Assembly (NCBI RefSeq): GCF_009914755.1
Contig: NC_060947.1
DNA: 64,000 nt
From: the human T2T-CHM13v2.0 reference genome, Homo sapiens
Reading direction: 5' to 3' (one strand)
In this document: positions 1-24,400 of the stretch, piece by piece
Layout: every line of letters begins with the position of its first letter
Numbering within the stretch: position 1 is the stretch's first letter
Translations under genes and position numbers: made by a program
The notes under the pieces: generated by a model
What the model was told of the DNA's origin: nothing
The model's input: the letters and a program-made list of their open reading frames with translations, nothing else
Database searches by the model: none

Positions 1-1592
1 ACAAAGCAATCTACAGATTCAATGTAATCCCTATCAAAATATCAATGACATTCTTCGTAAAAACACAAAAAACAATCCTAAATTTATATGGAAACATGAA
101 AGATCAAGAATAGCCAAAGCTATCCTGAGCAAAAAGGAAAAGACTAGATGAATCACATTACCTGACTTCAAACCATACTACAGAGCTATGGTAACCAAAG
201 CTGCACATTACCTGACTTCAAATCATACTACAGAGCTATAGTAAACAAAGCAGCATGGTGCTGGTGTAAATACAGACACATAGAACAATGGAACAGAATA
301 GAGAACCCAGAAACAAATCCAAACATCTACAGTGAACTGATTTTTGACAAAGATGCCAAGAACATACATTGGAGGAAAAGAGAGTCTCTTCAATAAATGG
401 TGCTGGGAAAGCTGGTTATCCATATGCAAAGGAATTAAACTAGAACCTTATCTCTCACCATATCCAAAAATCAACTCAAAGTGGATTTATGACTTAAATC
501 TAAGACCTCACTCTATGAAACTACTGCAAGAAAACATTAGGGAAAATCTCCAGGATATTGATCTGGGCAAAAGTTTCTTGAGCGATAACCCATAGGCACA
601 GGCAACCAAAGCAAAAATGGACAAAAGGAATTACATCAAACTAAAAAATCTTCTTTACAGCAAAGAAAATAATTAACAAAATGAAGAGACAAACCCCAGA
701 ATAGGATAAAATGTTTGCCAACTACCCATCTGACAAGGGATTAATAACAAGAATATATAAGGAGCTCAAACAAATCTATAGGAAAAAATCTGTTAACCCG
801 ATTAAAAAATGGGCAAATATTTGAATAGACATTTCTCAAAAGAAGACATACAAATGGCAAGCAGGCATGTTAAAATGTATTCACCATCATTGGTCATCAG
901 ATTCAGCAATCCCACTGTTGGGTATATACCCAAAACAACAGAAATCAGTATATGGAAGAGATAGCTGCACTCCCATGTTTGTTGTAGCACTGTTTACAAT
1001 AGCAAAGATTTGGAAGCAACCTAAGTGTCCATCAACAAATGAATGGATAAAGAAAATGTGGTACTTATACATAATGGAGTACTATTCAGCCATAAAAAGA
1101 ATGAGATCCAGTCATTTGCAACAACATGAATGGAACTGGAGATCATCATGTTAAATGAAATAAGTCAGGCACAGAAAGACAAACATTGAATGTTCTCACT
1201 TATTTGTGAAATAAAAAAAAATCAAAACAATTGAACTCATGGACATAGAGAGTGGAAGGATGGTTACCAGTGTCTGGGAAGGGGGTTGTGGGGGAGGTGA
1301 GGATAGTTAATGGATACACACAAAATATAAAGAATGAATAACATCTACTATTTGATAGAACAATACAGTGACTATTGTCAATAATAATTGTACATTTTAA
1401 AACAACTTACAGTGTAATTGATTTGTTTGTAACTCAAAGGATAAATGCGTGAGGGGATGGATACCCCATTCTCCGTGAGGTACTTATTTCACATTGCATT
1501 CCTGTATCAGAACATTCATGTATCCCATAAATATATTCATCTGCCATGTACCCACACAAATTAAAAATAAAAATAATTTAAAAAGAAAAAAG
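1..1592 (+). mobile_element. L1 (L1MA1-3-like): ORF2 3' part, 3'UTR and A-tail; runs off the window start
   Basis: ORF2 C-terminal peptides in the ORF track ([35 protein letters not shown]). L1MA-type 3'UTR (ggggatggataccccattctcc...tacccacacaaattaaaaat) then an A-rich tail. Frameshifted, with an internal deletion near 900. Confidence 0.9.
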
Positions 1593-1749
1593 AACAGTTT
1601 TGACCCTTCTTACCTGCTCAGGATATGTTTAATGAAATCCAGTAACATACGTCTCTTTTGCCCCTCATAGGCAATCTTATATTCACCATTCTTCCCCCCT
1701 CAAAGAATATGAAGTTCACAATTAGGAGAAGAGGCTTCATCTCTACAAA

Positions 1750-2415
1750 TTCCAATTCCTTATCCAATAAAATGGGAAGCACCTATTTAGTAGGGCTGTC
1801 ATAAGGATTTAAAATAAATTCTGTAAATTGCCTGGCACATCATAGATAATCAATACATGGCAAGCCTTACCACTATTACCATGATCAATTGAAAGTGAAA
1901 TTTGCATGGGCAACAGTGGGATTCTGATTCCAGATTATGAAAATTTCTGGTAGCAAAATAATGAAGGATTTAAGAATGTGAGCTCTGGAGTCACACTGAC
2001 CTCTGTCCAAATCCATTTTTTTTTTTTTTTTTTTTGAGACGGAGTCTCCCTCTGTTGCCCAGACTGGAGTGCAGTGGCGCGATCTCGGCTCACGGCAAGC
2101 TCCGCCTCCTGGGTTCATGCCATTCTCCCGCCTCAGCCTTCCGAGTAGCTGGAACTATAGGCGCCCGCCACCGCGCCCGGCTAATTATTATTATTTTTTA
2201 TTTTTTAGTAGAGACGGGGTTTCACCGTGTTAGCCAGGATGGTCTCGATCTCCTGACCTCGTGATCCGCCCGCCTCGGCCTCCCAAAGTGCTGGGATTAC
2301 AGGCGTGAGCCACCGCGCCTGGCTCCAAATCCTGACTTTATCACTTCCTAACTGTGTGACCCAGAAAAAGTAATTTAACATTTCTTCTCCTATAGAAAGG
2401 GGATAATAGTTTGCA
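1750..2415 (+). mobile_element. MIR fragments, the second split by the AluY
   Basis: MIR-like motifs (ctctggagtcacac...tccaaatcc / tgactttatcacttcctaactgtgtgacc; taaaatggg...cctggcacat). Confidence 0.6.
2016..2323 (-). mobile_element. AluY, full length
   Basis: Poly-T, then Alu reverse complement with AluY diagnostics (gcaagctccgcctcc, gccattctcc, gtgttagccaggatggtctcgatctcc). TSD tccaaatcc at 2006-2014 and 2324-2332. CpGs largely retained. Confidence 0.95.
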
Positions 2416-3339
2416 GGCACTATCTCATAGATTTGTATGTCAATATTTTTTGCACTTGTATTCTCTAATAAATTGTGAGCCTCTTGAAGTGAATAAACCA
2501 GGTTTTAATTACTTTTACACTTCTCCAGTACTTCATTTACATGACGCCTGGATAACTTTAGGTGCTTGTAGAACTGTTGGGCAAATGAAACCTGTCACCA
2601 CCTCCATGTGAGGTGTCCCACTGCATGGAGGATAGCAAATAACAAAACAATGCCTGACACCAGAAGCAGCTGTTAACATGCTCCAGCATGTGAACTTACT
2701 CCATGGTTTGGGGAGGCATCATCAAGAAAGACATGACTCACACAGGCACTAGGCAAAATGACTCCTTGTTCACATGGAGAAGAGACAGAGCAACACTAGC
2801 TTCAATTGTGGGCATTGGTAACGCATAGGCATAAGGTCCCATTCCATTACCAATACAGGGAGAGGGTCTGCACCCACCATTCTCAAGCTGCAAGAGAAAG
2901 GACCCTGTTTCTTCACCACCAGGAACAGATATAGCAGTGTGTTTGGCCAGATGCTGTATGATGCACACACTTAAGCAGAACAAAGGAATATACACTGAGT
3001 CTGAAGCAGGGAAAGATATTCCTGCCTGTCCAGGCTCTTTATCTTTTGGCAAGGAATTCCTCTAGGCCCAAGATCCATTGTTGTATGAAAGCCTTTTGTT
3101 GTCAAAAGACTGTTCTTGCTCATGAGACTGACTTTCCCAAGAGTGCTTAATGAGTATTTATTGACTAAGTAAATTGAAGTAATATTATATTTTTTTTTGT
3201 CTGAAGTCTACATTCCTAACTAAGCCTTCCAGGGTTGTTTGAGAGGGAGGATCAAGTGTCACCAACTAGGCGCTGAGAATGGGAATGTCAGAAAGCATTA
3301 AGGGACTCATGGTAAGATACTGATTGATATATTAATTAA

Positions 3340-3850
3340 TATTCCAACATTTGTCAAATGCTTGCTACTTGCTAGGCACTAGATAAAAGGGTGACTAAGA
3401 CTCATCCCTGTCCTCATGAAGCTCACTGGATATGAAGAATATAGGCAAGGGAACTAGTGATTATAGCAGAGCATAACAAACACTCTGGTAGAAGTAGACC
3501 CAGAAGGTGGTACTTATATATAGACCTGGAGAGCCAAATCTAAATTCTAAAATTGCAGAATTTTAGAGCTAGGAAGGATCTCAGAGAGGAACTGTTTAAA
3601 CTGTTGCACCAATAATAAAAATTGACCATCGTTATTTGAATCCTTACTATCAGCTCTACATGCCCTTAATCTCACAATAGTCCCTTGAAATATGTATAAT
3701 GATTTTCATCATTTTAGAGACGATAAAACTGAGAATCAGAGAGGTTAGATGGCTCTCTCAAGGTCACATGGCTAGGAGGTGGCAGATCTGGGCTTTATCT
3801 AACGCATGCCTGTCTGGATTCCAAGCCGGGGCCCTTTTTGCTATGGAGTA
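3340..3850 (-). mobile_element. L2 and MIR relics
   Basis: tgctaggcact...ccctgtcctcatgaagctcact (L2-like); aaaactgagaatcagagaggttagatggctctctcaaggtcaca (MIR core). Confidence 0.65.
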
Positions 3851-4054
3851 TTCCCTCCCTTTGTGGCAAAGCTTCCTGCTCCTAACACCCCTGAGTTCTA
3901 GACTCACAGACCTGTGCCCTTGGGACTTTATCAGTGCTATAAAAACAGGATTCTGTGAGTGCTGAGCTTCAGAAACCATTTCCAGAGTCAGAATCCTGGT
4001 CTATATATTGAAACTCCATTCAGCCTCTCTTTTTTCCTTTTTGCTCAAAAAATA

Positions 4055-4948
4055 AAATTTATTATTTTTTAAAAAAATTATTGAATACAGTTAAATGCCC
4101 AGAACTTAAGTGTACAAGTTTTGATTAATGTATATACCCATGTAATCACCACCTGAATTCACAATGAAGAATATTTTCATCACCCCAGAAAGTTCCCCTC
4201 TGTGCCCCACTTCCCTTGACGGTTACTGTTTTGTCTGTTCTTGATGTTAATATAAGATGAATCATACAGAATATACTTTGTCTACTTTCTTTCACTTGTA
4301 ATATTTTTGAGATTCAGCCATTGTTTTGCAAGTATTAGTACTTTATTCTGTTTTTTTAGTAGAATTGCATTGCATGAATATATCACATTTTGTTTATCCA
4401 TACTTCTGTTGATAAACATTTTGGTTATTTCCAAATTTTGCTTTATATGTAAAGCAGCTATGACATTCTTATGCAAGAGTTTTTAGACGCATGTTTTCAT
4501 CTCTCTTGGATCAATAGCTAGGAGTAGAATTACTGACTAGATCATAGGGGTAGTTCTATAAAAACTGTAAATCTACTTCCCAAAGTGATTTCCATTTTAC
4601 ACTGCAACCAAGAAGATATGAGATTTTAGTTTGCTCCATATTCTCACCAACATTGATGCTGTCAGTGTTTTCAATTATAGAAATTATAGTGAGTGTAAAA
4701 TGGTACCTCAATGAATTTACTTTGCATTTACTTTAGGACTAACGATATTGAAAAATTTTATTGGCCACTTGTCTGTTTTACTTTCTGAAATGTCTGTATA
4801 CTTTTTTTCACTATATTTTTCGGGGTTGTCTTTGTCATTGATTTGTAGAAGTAATTTATATATTCTTCTTATGAGTCATTTGTCAGCTGCATGTACTAAG
4901 AATATTTTTTTCCTAGTCTGTGGCTTACCATTTCATTTTATTTCCTTT
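4055..4948 (-). mobile_element. Old L1 (L1ME/L1MD-like) 3' end
   Basis: cccatgtaatcaccacc...catcaccccagaaagttccc 3'UTR signature followed by degenerate ORF2-end sequence. Confidence 0.75.
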
Positions 4949-4949
4949 T

Positions 4950-5092
4950 CTTAATAATTTCAACTTTTATTTTAGATTCAGGAAGTACATGTGCAGGTTT
5001 AATATACGAGTATATTGCATGATGCTGAGTTTTAGAGTACAATTGCTCTCATGACCCAGGTAGGGAGCATAGTATCCAATAGTTAGTTTTTA
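4950..5092 (-). mobile_element. L1PA15/16-like 3' terminal fragment
   Basis: ttttagattcaggaagtacatgtgcagg...tgcatgatgctgag...cccaggtagggagcatagtatccaatag matches the recalled L1PA16 3' end. Confidence 0.7.
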
Positions 5093-5094
5093 AA

Positions 5095-9975
<4,881 letters not shown>

Positions 9976-10424
9976 CAACGCTTCCTGCACCAAAATTATG
10001 TGCAGTTCATTTAAGTGTTTCTATCTGGAGCTTGAAACACTTTCATGTTCTCATCAATGTGAAAAAAACAACTTTGAATCCATTATAAAGTGCTGGGCTT
10101 TGCCATACTCCAAACCAAACAATTTGCTGTGAAATTTGGCACAATTTCAATAGAGTGACCAGCTAAGCATAACTCAAGGAACAATACAAGACTAAAAAAG
10201 TGATTCCATTTCTTTGTTACTAAAAAACATTGAATTCCACTTTGTGAGGCACAAAAATGGAGAAAAGACATCTCAAGCTACCAACAATAGAAAATACCAA
10301 AGTAAATCCAGCCTGAGCTGTGAAAGGTACAGTTAGAGCCTTCATTTTAGTTGCCTAATTGGATAATGCCAACCTCATCCAATGAATACAGTTCCTGCCT
10401 CTCCTAGATCAATGCATGAATAGT

Positions 10425-10600
10425 ATTTATTCTTTCAATAAATATTTATTGAGCACCTACTGGGTACAATGAGCTAGAAACTGGTAGCAAACCCTGCCCT
10501 CGTGAGAATTGCATTTCCATGGGAGAGACACTAAACAAATAAGCAAATGGATGATTATTATAATAAATGGCAAAACAGAAAAAGTAGGGAGCTATAATAA
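10425..10600 (-). mobile_element. L2 3' end
   Basis: caataaatatttattgagcacctact...ccctgccctcgtgag. Confidence 0.7.
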
Positions 10601-10614
10601 AGAATAATGGAGTT

Positions 10615-16340
<5,726 letters not shown>

Positions 16341-16361
16341 AAATTTTTTTTCAAGTCAGGG

Positions 16362-16745
<384 letters not shown>

Positions 16746-17659
16746 TAATATTCTCCCATTCAGCCTCCTGGATCTGTTCTTCAAGTGTCACTTCCCCCAA
16801 CTATTTCTTTGTATTTTGCTCTGGTTCTGAATTATTTCTTCCATTAGAGTTTTCAGGTCACGAATATGACATTTAACAGTGACCATCTTCCTTTTCAGTT
16901 CATCTATCAAATTAGTACCAAATCATATTATTTTAATTCCACTCAGTATATTTCAATGTTCCCATTGCATTATTTATTTAATAATTTGTACTTTTTTTTT
17001 TTTTTACTAAAACCCTTTCCTGACAATTTTAATTCTACATAAATAGGGAACGCTGAAAAAGTTGTTCAACAAAATTTACCTCTCATTGTAGCTGAATCTC
17101 ATTAAGTGCATTATTATTTGTCTTAACCATTTCATGTTTGGTTTATCCTCAGTCTTCAGTTAAGGCTGTTTGGGTTTCTTGAACAGTGGCAGTTTTCCAC
17201 TGTGTGTGCACAACCTTGAAAGCCATTATTCCTCTGAAGAAGATCCAAAGCTTCACTGATCCCAGAATTCACAAAATACAAGAGAAATTTATCACCTCAA
17301 GGACTGTACAACTCAAACCACCGGTTTGTTTTCACATCAAACACTGATAGAGAACAAGATTATGCAGCATTGCAGAATCACAAGCAAACAAGAAGAGGAA
17401 GCTCTTCCCTGATTCTTGCCCAAGACCTCTCTGCTACTGATTCCTGGGTTTCCAGTCAGCACAAAGTGCCTCAAGGTTCCGTATCTTCTTTACTATCCAG
17501 AGATACTTGTAGAGTGTGTAGACTCAAACGTACCATCCAGGTTTGACAGCTTGCCTGCTAACATCTCATTCAAAAAGAGAGTTGAGGAAAATTCGATATG
17601 GATAAGGATTTAGGCATGTTGCTCTCATGCCATCATCTTTTCTGAATTCTCCGTACATA

Positions 17660-17950
17660 GATCAGTTGTTAGCAAACTGTGGACCTTGGGCCAAATCTGG
17701 CTCACCAACACTTTTGTATTCCTTGTGAGCTAGGAATTGTTTTAATGTCTTCAAATGGTTGGAAAAAATAAAAAGATCAATATTTCATGACATATGAAAG
17801 TTACATGAAATTCAAACTTCAGGGTCCTTAAATATACATCCATTCATTAACATGCTGTTTATAGCTGCTTTCATACTACAAGAGTTGAATAGTTACAACA
17901 AAAATGTAAGACTTAAAAACTTTATCTGACCCTTCACAGAAAAAGATGAT
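17660..17950. mobile_element. MER58B-like hAT-Charlie element
   Basis: gcaaactgtggaccttgggccaaatctggc...tacatgaaattcaaacttcag...tatctgacccttcacagaaaaag. Confidence 0.7.
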
Positions 17951-18108
17951 TAATATCTTATATACATCTTGAAAATTATTTTATAATAATTTGTGAATTT
18001 GTATCAAAAAGTAAAAAGTACAGTTGAAAAAAGTAAAGCATACTAAGAAAGAAACTCTGTATAATTATTAACTCTAGATGCTATTAGAAAAGTGTAAGCT
18101 GAAGTACT

Positions 18109-18490
18109 GGTATTTGTTATCTATTGATGTATAACAAATTACTCCAAAAGTTAGTGGCTTCAGAAACACTTATTTTCTATTGTTCCAAAATTGCTGTTGG
18201 TTAAAAATACAGAAGTAACTCAAGGTGACTCTAGCTCAGGTTCAATACATGGTCAAGGCTAAAGTCACCTTAAAGCTTGAGCGATCTTGAAGATCCTTCT
18301 TTAAGATAGATCATGCACGTGACTGTTGCCAGAAGGCCTCAATTTCTTGCTAGCTCTATGCAGGAGTTCTTTGTTTCTCACCACATGGATCACTTCATAG
18401 GATGCTTGAATGTCCTCACAACATGGCAGATAGATCTCCAAAGTGAGAAAATGGAGAGAAATGGCAATGATGAAGCTGTAATGCCTTTTC
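18109..18490 (-). mobile_element. MLT1 (MaLR) LTR, left part; split by an L1MA
   Basis: gttatctattgatgtataacaaattactccaaaagttagtggctt...aatgtcctcacaacatggcag; the rest of the LTR resumes at ~26100. Confidence 0.75.
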
Positions 18491-21400
18491 TTTAAAATAC
18501 AGGCGTGCAATGTTTAATAATAAATGGGATAACAATCATCTCAAGTATTTATCCTTTGTGTTAAAAACTATCTATCCAATTATACTGTTTTATTTATTTT
18601 TAAATATACAATTAAATTATTATTCACTACAGTCAAGCTGTTGTGCTATCAAATATGAGGTCTTATTTATTCTTTCTAACTCCTTTTTAGAACCCATGAA
18701 CTATCTTCACACCTCCAAACCCACCACTCTTCCCAGCTTCTGGTAATTATCATTTTACTGTCTAATTCAATAAGTTCAATTGTAGTAATTTTTAGCTCCC
18801 AAAAGTAAGTGAGAACATGTGAAGGTTGTCTTTCTGTGCCTGGCATATTTCACTTAACATAATGACCACCACGTCCATTCATGTGGTTGCAAATGACAGG
18901 ATCTCATTCTTTTTTATGGCTGAATAATACTCCATTATGTATATGTACCCCATTTTCTTTATCCATTTATCTGTTGATGGACACTTAGGTAGCTTCCAAA
19001 TCTTGGAATTGTGTAACAGTGCTGCAATAAACATGGGAGTGCAGATATATCTTCCATATACTCATTTCCTTTCTTTTGCATACATACTTAGCAGTGGGAT
19101 TGCTGGATCATATGGTAGCTCTATTTTATGTTTTCTGAGGGGCCTCCACTGTGTTCTTCATGGTGGTTGTACTAATTTACATTCCCACCAACAGCATATG
19201 AGTTTCCTTTTCTCCACATCCTTGCCAGCATTTGTTATTGCCTGTCTTTTGAATATAAGTCATTTTAATGGAGGTGAGATGATATCTCATTGTAGTTTTG
19301 ACTTGCTTTTCTCTGATGATCATTGATGGTTAGCACCTTTTCATATACCTGCTTACAATTTGTATGTCTTCTTTTCAGAAATGTCTATTCAGGTCTTTTG
19401 ATCATTTTTAAATTGAATTATTAGATTTTTTCCTATAGAGTTGTTTGATCTCCTTATATATTATTGTTATTAATCCTTTGTCAGATGATTCCTTTGCAAA
19501 TATTTTCTTCCATTCTGTAGGTTGTCTCTCCACTTGGTTGATTGTTGCCTTTACTGTGCAGAAGCTTTTAACTTAATGTGATCCCATTTGTCCACATTTA
19601 CTTTTGTTGTCTGTGCTTGTATTGCTCAAAAAATCTTTGCCCAGAGCAATATCCTGGAGATTTTCCCCAAAGTTTCCTTGTAGTAGTTTCATAGTGTGAG
19701 TCTTACATTTAAGTCTTTAATCCATTTTGATTTGATTTTTGTATACAGCAAGAGATAGGGGTCTAGTTTCATTCTTCTGCATATGGATATCCAGTTTTCC
19801 CTACACCATTTATTGAAGAGACTGTCCTTTCCCCAATGTTGTTCTTGGTGACTTTGTTGAAAATGAGTTCACTTTAGATGTATGGATTTGTTTCTACGTT
19901 CTCTATTCTGTTCCACTGATCTGTGTGTCTGCATTTATGCCAGTACCATGCTGTTTTCGTTACTATAGCTTTGTATTATAATTTGAAGTCCAGTAATGCA
20001 ATTCCTCCACTTTTGCTTTTTGTGCTCAGTATAGCTTTGGGTATTCTGTGACTTTTGTGGTTCTACATAAATTTTAGGATTGTTTCTCTATTTCTGTGAA
20101 GAAAGTTATTGCTATTTTGACAGGGATTGCATTGAATCTGTAAAGTGCTTTGGGTAGTATGGACATTTTAATATTGATTCTTCCAATCTATATATATGGA
20201 ATATCTTTCTTTTTTTGTTTCTAATTCAATTTCTTGCATCAATTTTTATAGTTTTCATTGTAGAGATCTTTCACTTCTTTGGTTAAGTTAATTTCTAGGT
20301 ATTCAATTTTATTTTTAGGAATCATAAATGGGATTACTTTCCTGATTTCCTTTCCAAATTTTTGCTGTTGGAATATAGAAATGCTACTGATTTTTTAATG
20401 TTGATTTTGTATTCTACAACTTTACTGAATCTGTTGATCAGTTCTAAGCTTTTTGGTGGAGTCTTTAGGTTTTTCCTAATATAAGAACATATCATCTGAA
20501 AGCTAGCATAATATGACTTCTAACTTTCCAGTTTGGATGCCCCTAATTTCTTTCTCTTGTCTAATTGCTCTAGCTAGGACTCCCAGTACTATGTTGAATA
20601 ACAGTGGTGAAAGTGAGCATCTTTGTTATGCTCCTGATCTTAGAGGAAAGGATTTTGGTTTTTCTGCATTCTGTATGACACTAGCTATGGGTCTGTCATA
20701 TATAGTTTTTATTATATTGACGTATGTTCCTTGTATACTCAGTTTTTTAGGGCTTTTTATCACGAAAAGATGTTGAATTTTATCAAATGCTTTATCAGCC
20801 TCAATCGAAATGATCATACAGTGTTTGCCCTTCATTCTGCTGCTATTGTGTATCATATTGGTTGATTTGTGTATGTTAAACCATTATTGCATACCTGGGA
20901 TAAATCCCATTTGGTCAAGATGAATGATCTTTGCAAGGTGTTGTTGAATTCAGTTAGCTAGTGTTTTGTTTAGGATTTTTGCATCAATATTTATGAAGGA
21001 TATGGATTTGGAGCTTTCCTTTTTTGATTTGTCTGTATCTGGTTTTGGTATTGGGATAATATTGGTCTTGTAAAATGGGTTTAGAAGTATTCTCTCCTCC
21101 TCTATTTTTTGGAATATCTTGGGTAGGATTGGTGTTAGTTCTTCTTTAAATGTTTGGTAGAATTCATCAGTGAAGCAACTGGGTACCAGGCTTTTCTTTG
21201 CTGGGCAACTTTTTATTATGGCTTTGATCTTCTTACATATTATTGGTCTGTTCAGAATTTGGATTTCTTCACAGTTCAATATTGTTAAGTTGTGTTTGTC
21301 TACGAATTTATCCACTTCTTCTATATTTTCCAATGTACTGGCGTATAGTTGCTCATAGTAGCCACTAACGATCATTTGAATTTCTGTGGTATCTATCATA

Positions 21401-24400
21401 ATGCCTCCTTTTTCATGTCTGATTTTATCTATTTGACTCTTCTCTCTCTTTTTCTTATTCTGGCTTAAGGGTTTTCAATTTTATTTATCTTTTCAAAATA
21501 CAGACTATTTGTTTAATTAATTGATTGCATTGTTTTCTTTATTTCTATTTCATGTATTTCTGCTCTGATTTTTCTTATTTCTTTTCTTCTACTAATTTTG
21601 GGTTAGGTATACCTTTGTTTTTCTAGTTCTTTAAGATGCTTCATTACATTGTTAATTTAAATTTTTTATTCTTTTTTCACATATGCACTTATAGCTATAA
21701 ACTTCCCTCTTAGTACTGCTTTCGCTGTATCCCATGGGTTTTGGTACATTGTGTTTCCATTATCATTTGTTTCAAGACATTTTTCAATTTCATTCTTAAT
21801 CTCATCATTTACTCACTGATCATTCAGGACCATATGGTTTAATTTCCATGTATTTTTATAGTTTCCAAAATTATTCTTATTGATTTCTACTTTTATTCCA
21901 CAGTGGTCAGAGAAGATGCTTGATATTAGTTCAATTTTTCAAAATGTTTTTAAGACTCATTTTGTGTCCTAACATATGGTCTATCCTTGAGAATAATCCA
22001 TGTGCTGAGGAAAAAATATCCATTCTGCAGCCCTTGGATGAGGTGTCTACAAATATCTATTAGGTACATTTGGTGTATAATACAGATTAAGTCTGATCTT
22101 TCTGTGTGGATTTTCCATCTAGATTATCTGTCCAGTGCCGAAAGTGGAGTGTTGAAATCTCCATCTATTATTGTATTTGGGTCTATCTCTTTTTAACTCT
22201 GATAATATTTGCTTTGTATATCTGTGTGCTCCAGTGTTGGAAACACATATGTTTATAATTTCCATATCCTCTTACTGAACTGACTCCTTTATTATTATGT
22301 TGTGACCTTCTTTGCCTCTTCTTATAGTTTCTGTCTTGAAATCTCTTTTGTCTAAAATAAGTATAGCTACTCCTGCTTTTTTTTTGCTTTCCGTTGGCAT
22401 GGGATACCTTTTTCCATCCCTTTATTTTCAGTCTATGTGTGCTTCTATAGGTGAAGTGTGTTTCTTGTGAGTGACAAATCATTGGTTCTTTTTTTTATCC
22501 ATTCAGCCACTCTGTCTTTTGATTTGAGAGTTTTATCCATTTACATTCAATGTTATTATTGATAAGCAGGAAGCAGGGAATTTCTTCTGCCATTTTGTTA
22601 TTTGTTTTCTGGTTGTTTTTGTGGTCTTGCTTTCTGTCTTGTCTTCCTTCCTGTCTTCCTTTTAGAGAAGGTAATTTTCTCTGGTATTGTAATTTAGTTT
22701 CTTTGTTTTTATTTTTATTTTTATTTTTTGTATATCTGTTGTAGGTTTTTTGATTTGAAGTTACCATGAGGCTTGCAAATACTATCTTGTAACCCATTAT
22801 TTTAAACTAATTGCAACTTAACACTGATTGCATAAACAAACAAGCAAACAAGCAAAAAGAAAACCAATAAAAACTCTGTACTTCAAATTCTTTCCTCTAT
22901 CTTTCAACTTTTTGTTATTTCTATCTTGTACTGTTTACATCTAGAAATGTTTCAGTTATTATATTTGATTGTTTCGTCTTTTAATCTTTCTTATTAAGAT
23001 GAGAGTAGTTTACACACTACAATTATGACCTTATCATATTCTGTTTTTATGTATACTTACTATTACCAGTAAGTTTAGTACCTTCAGATGATTTCTTATT
23101 GCTCATTAATGTCCTTTTATTTCTGGTCAAAATATCCCTTTTAGCGTTTTTTGTACGACAGGTCTGGTGTTGATAAAGTCCCTCAGCTTTTGTTTGCCTG
23201 GGAGTCTTATTTCTCCTTCATGTTTGAAGGATATTTTTGCCAGATATACTATTCTAGGGTAAAAGGTTTGTTTTTTTACAGCACTTTAAATATGTCATAC
23301 CACTTTCTCCTAGCCTGTAAAGGACCTTCTTTGTCTCTTTTGAAAAAAGAAAAGTCTGCTGCCAGATGTATTGGAGCTCCATTTTATGTTACTTGCTTTT
23401 TTTCTCTTGCTGCTTTTAAGATACTTTCTTTATATTTGACCCTTGAGATTTTGATTATTAAATGCCTTGAGGTATTCTTTGGGTTAAATCTGTTTGGTGT
23501 TCTATAACCTTCTTGTACTTGAATGCTGATAATTTTCTCTAGGTTTGGGAAGCTCTCTTTTATTATCCCTTTTAATAAACTTTCCATCCCATCTCTCTTT
23601 ATACCTACACTTTAAGGCCAATAACTCTTAGATTTGCCCCTTGGAGGCTATTTTTTACATCTTGAAGGTATGCTTCATTTTTAAAATTTTTTGTCCTTTG
23701 TCTCCTCTGACTGTGTATTTTCAAATAGCCTATCTTAAGCTTACTAATTCTTTCTTCTGCTTGGTCAATTCTGCTACTAAGACACTCTGATGCATTCTTC
23801 AGTGTGTCAGTTGCATTTTTCAACTCCAGAATTTCTACTTGATTCCTTTTAATTATTTCCATCTCTTTGTTAAATTTGTCTGATAGGATTCTGAATTCGT
23901 TCTCTGTGTTATTTTGAATTTCTTTGAGTTTCTTCAAAATAACTATTTTGAAGTCCCTGTCTGAAAGGTTACATATCTCTGTCTCTCTGGGATTGGTCAT
24001 TGGTGGCTTATTTATTTCATTAGTGAAGTAATGTTTACTTGGATATTCTTGATACTTGTGGATGTTCGTTGGTGTCTGGACATTGCAGAGTTATGTATTC
24101 ATTGTAGTCTTAATAGTCTGGGGTTTATATCCATCCTTCTTGGGAAGGCTTTCCAGGTATTTGAAGAGACTTGAGCATTGCCATCTAAGCCATATCTCCA
24201 TTAAGGGGCACTTCAAGCCCAGTAACCTTGTGATCCTTACAGAGTTGTGGAGGTATCACCTCAGTGATCTCGGGTAAGTTTTGGAAGGATTCTCTGTATT
24301 AGCAGGCAGAAACTCTTGTCCTCTTCCCTTATTTTTCCTAAATAAATGGAGTCTCTTCCTCTCTGCTGAGATGCCTGGAGCTGGGGGTAGGGTGACATCA

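Noticed and set aside
1885-2420. Alu-derived ORFs (also at 5422-5821, 10728-11011, 16211-16498, 32760-33096, 53832-54165, 54652-54912)
   Set aside because: Typical Alu translation artefacts ([23 protein letters not shown]).
2738-3052. 104-aa minus-strand ORF in non-repeat sequence
   Set aside because: No recognisable homology, splice pattern or promoter; length is within chance expectation.
10013-10042. 9-bp inverted repeat aagtgtttc...gaaacactt
   Set aside because: Short enough to occur by chance in 64 kb of AT-rich DNA; no supporting context.
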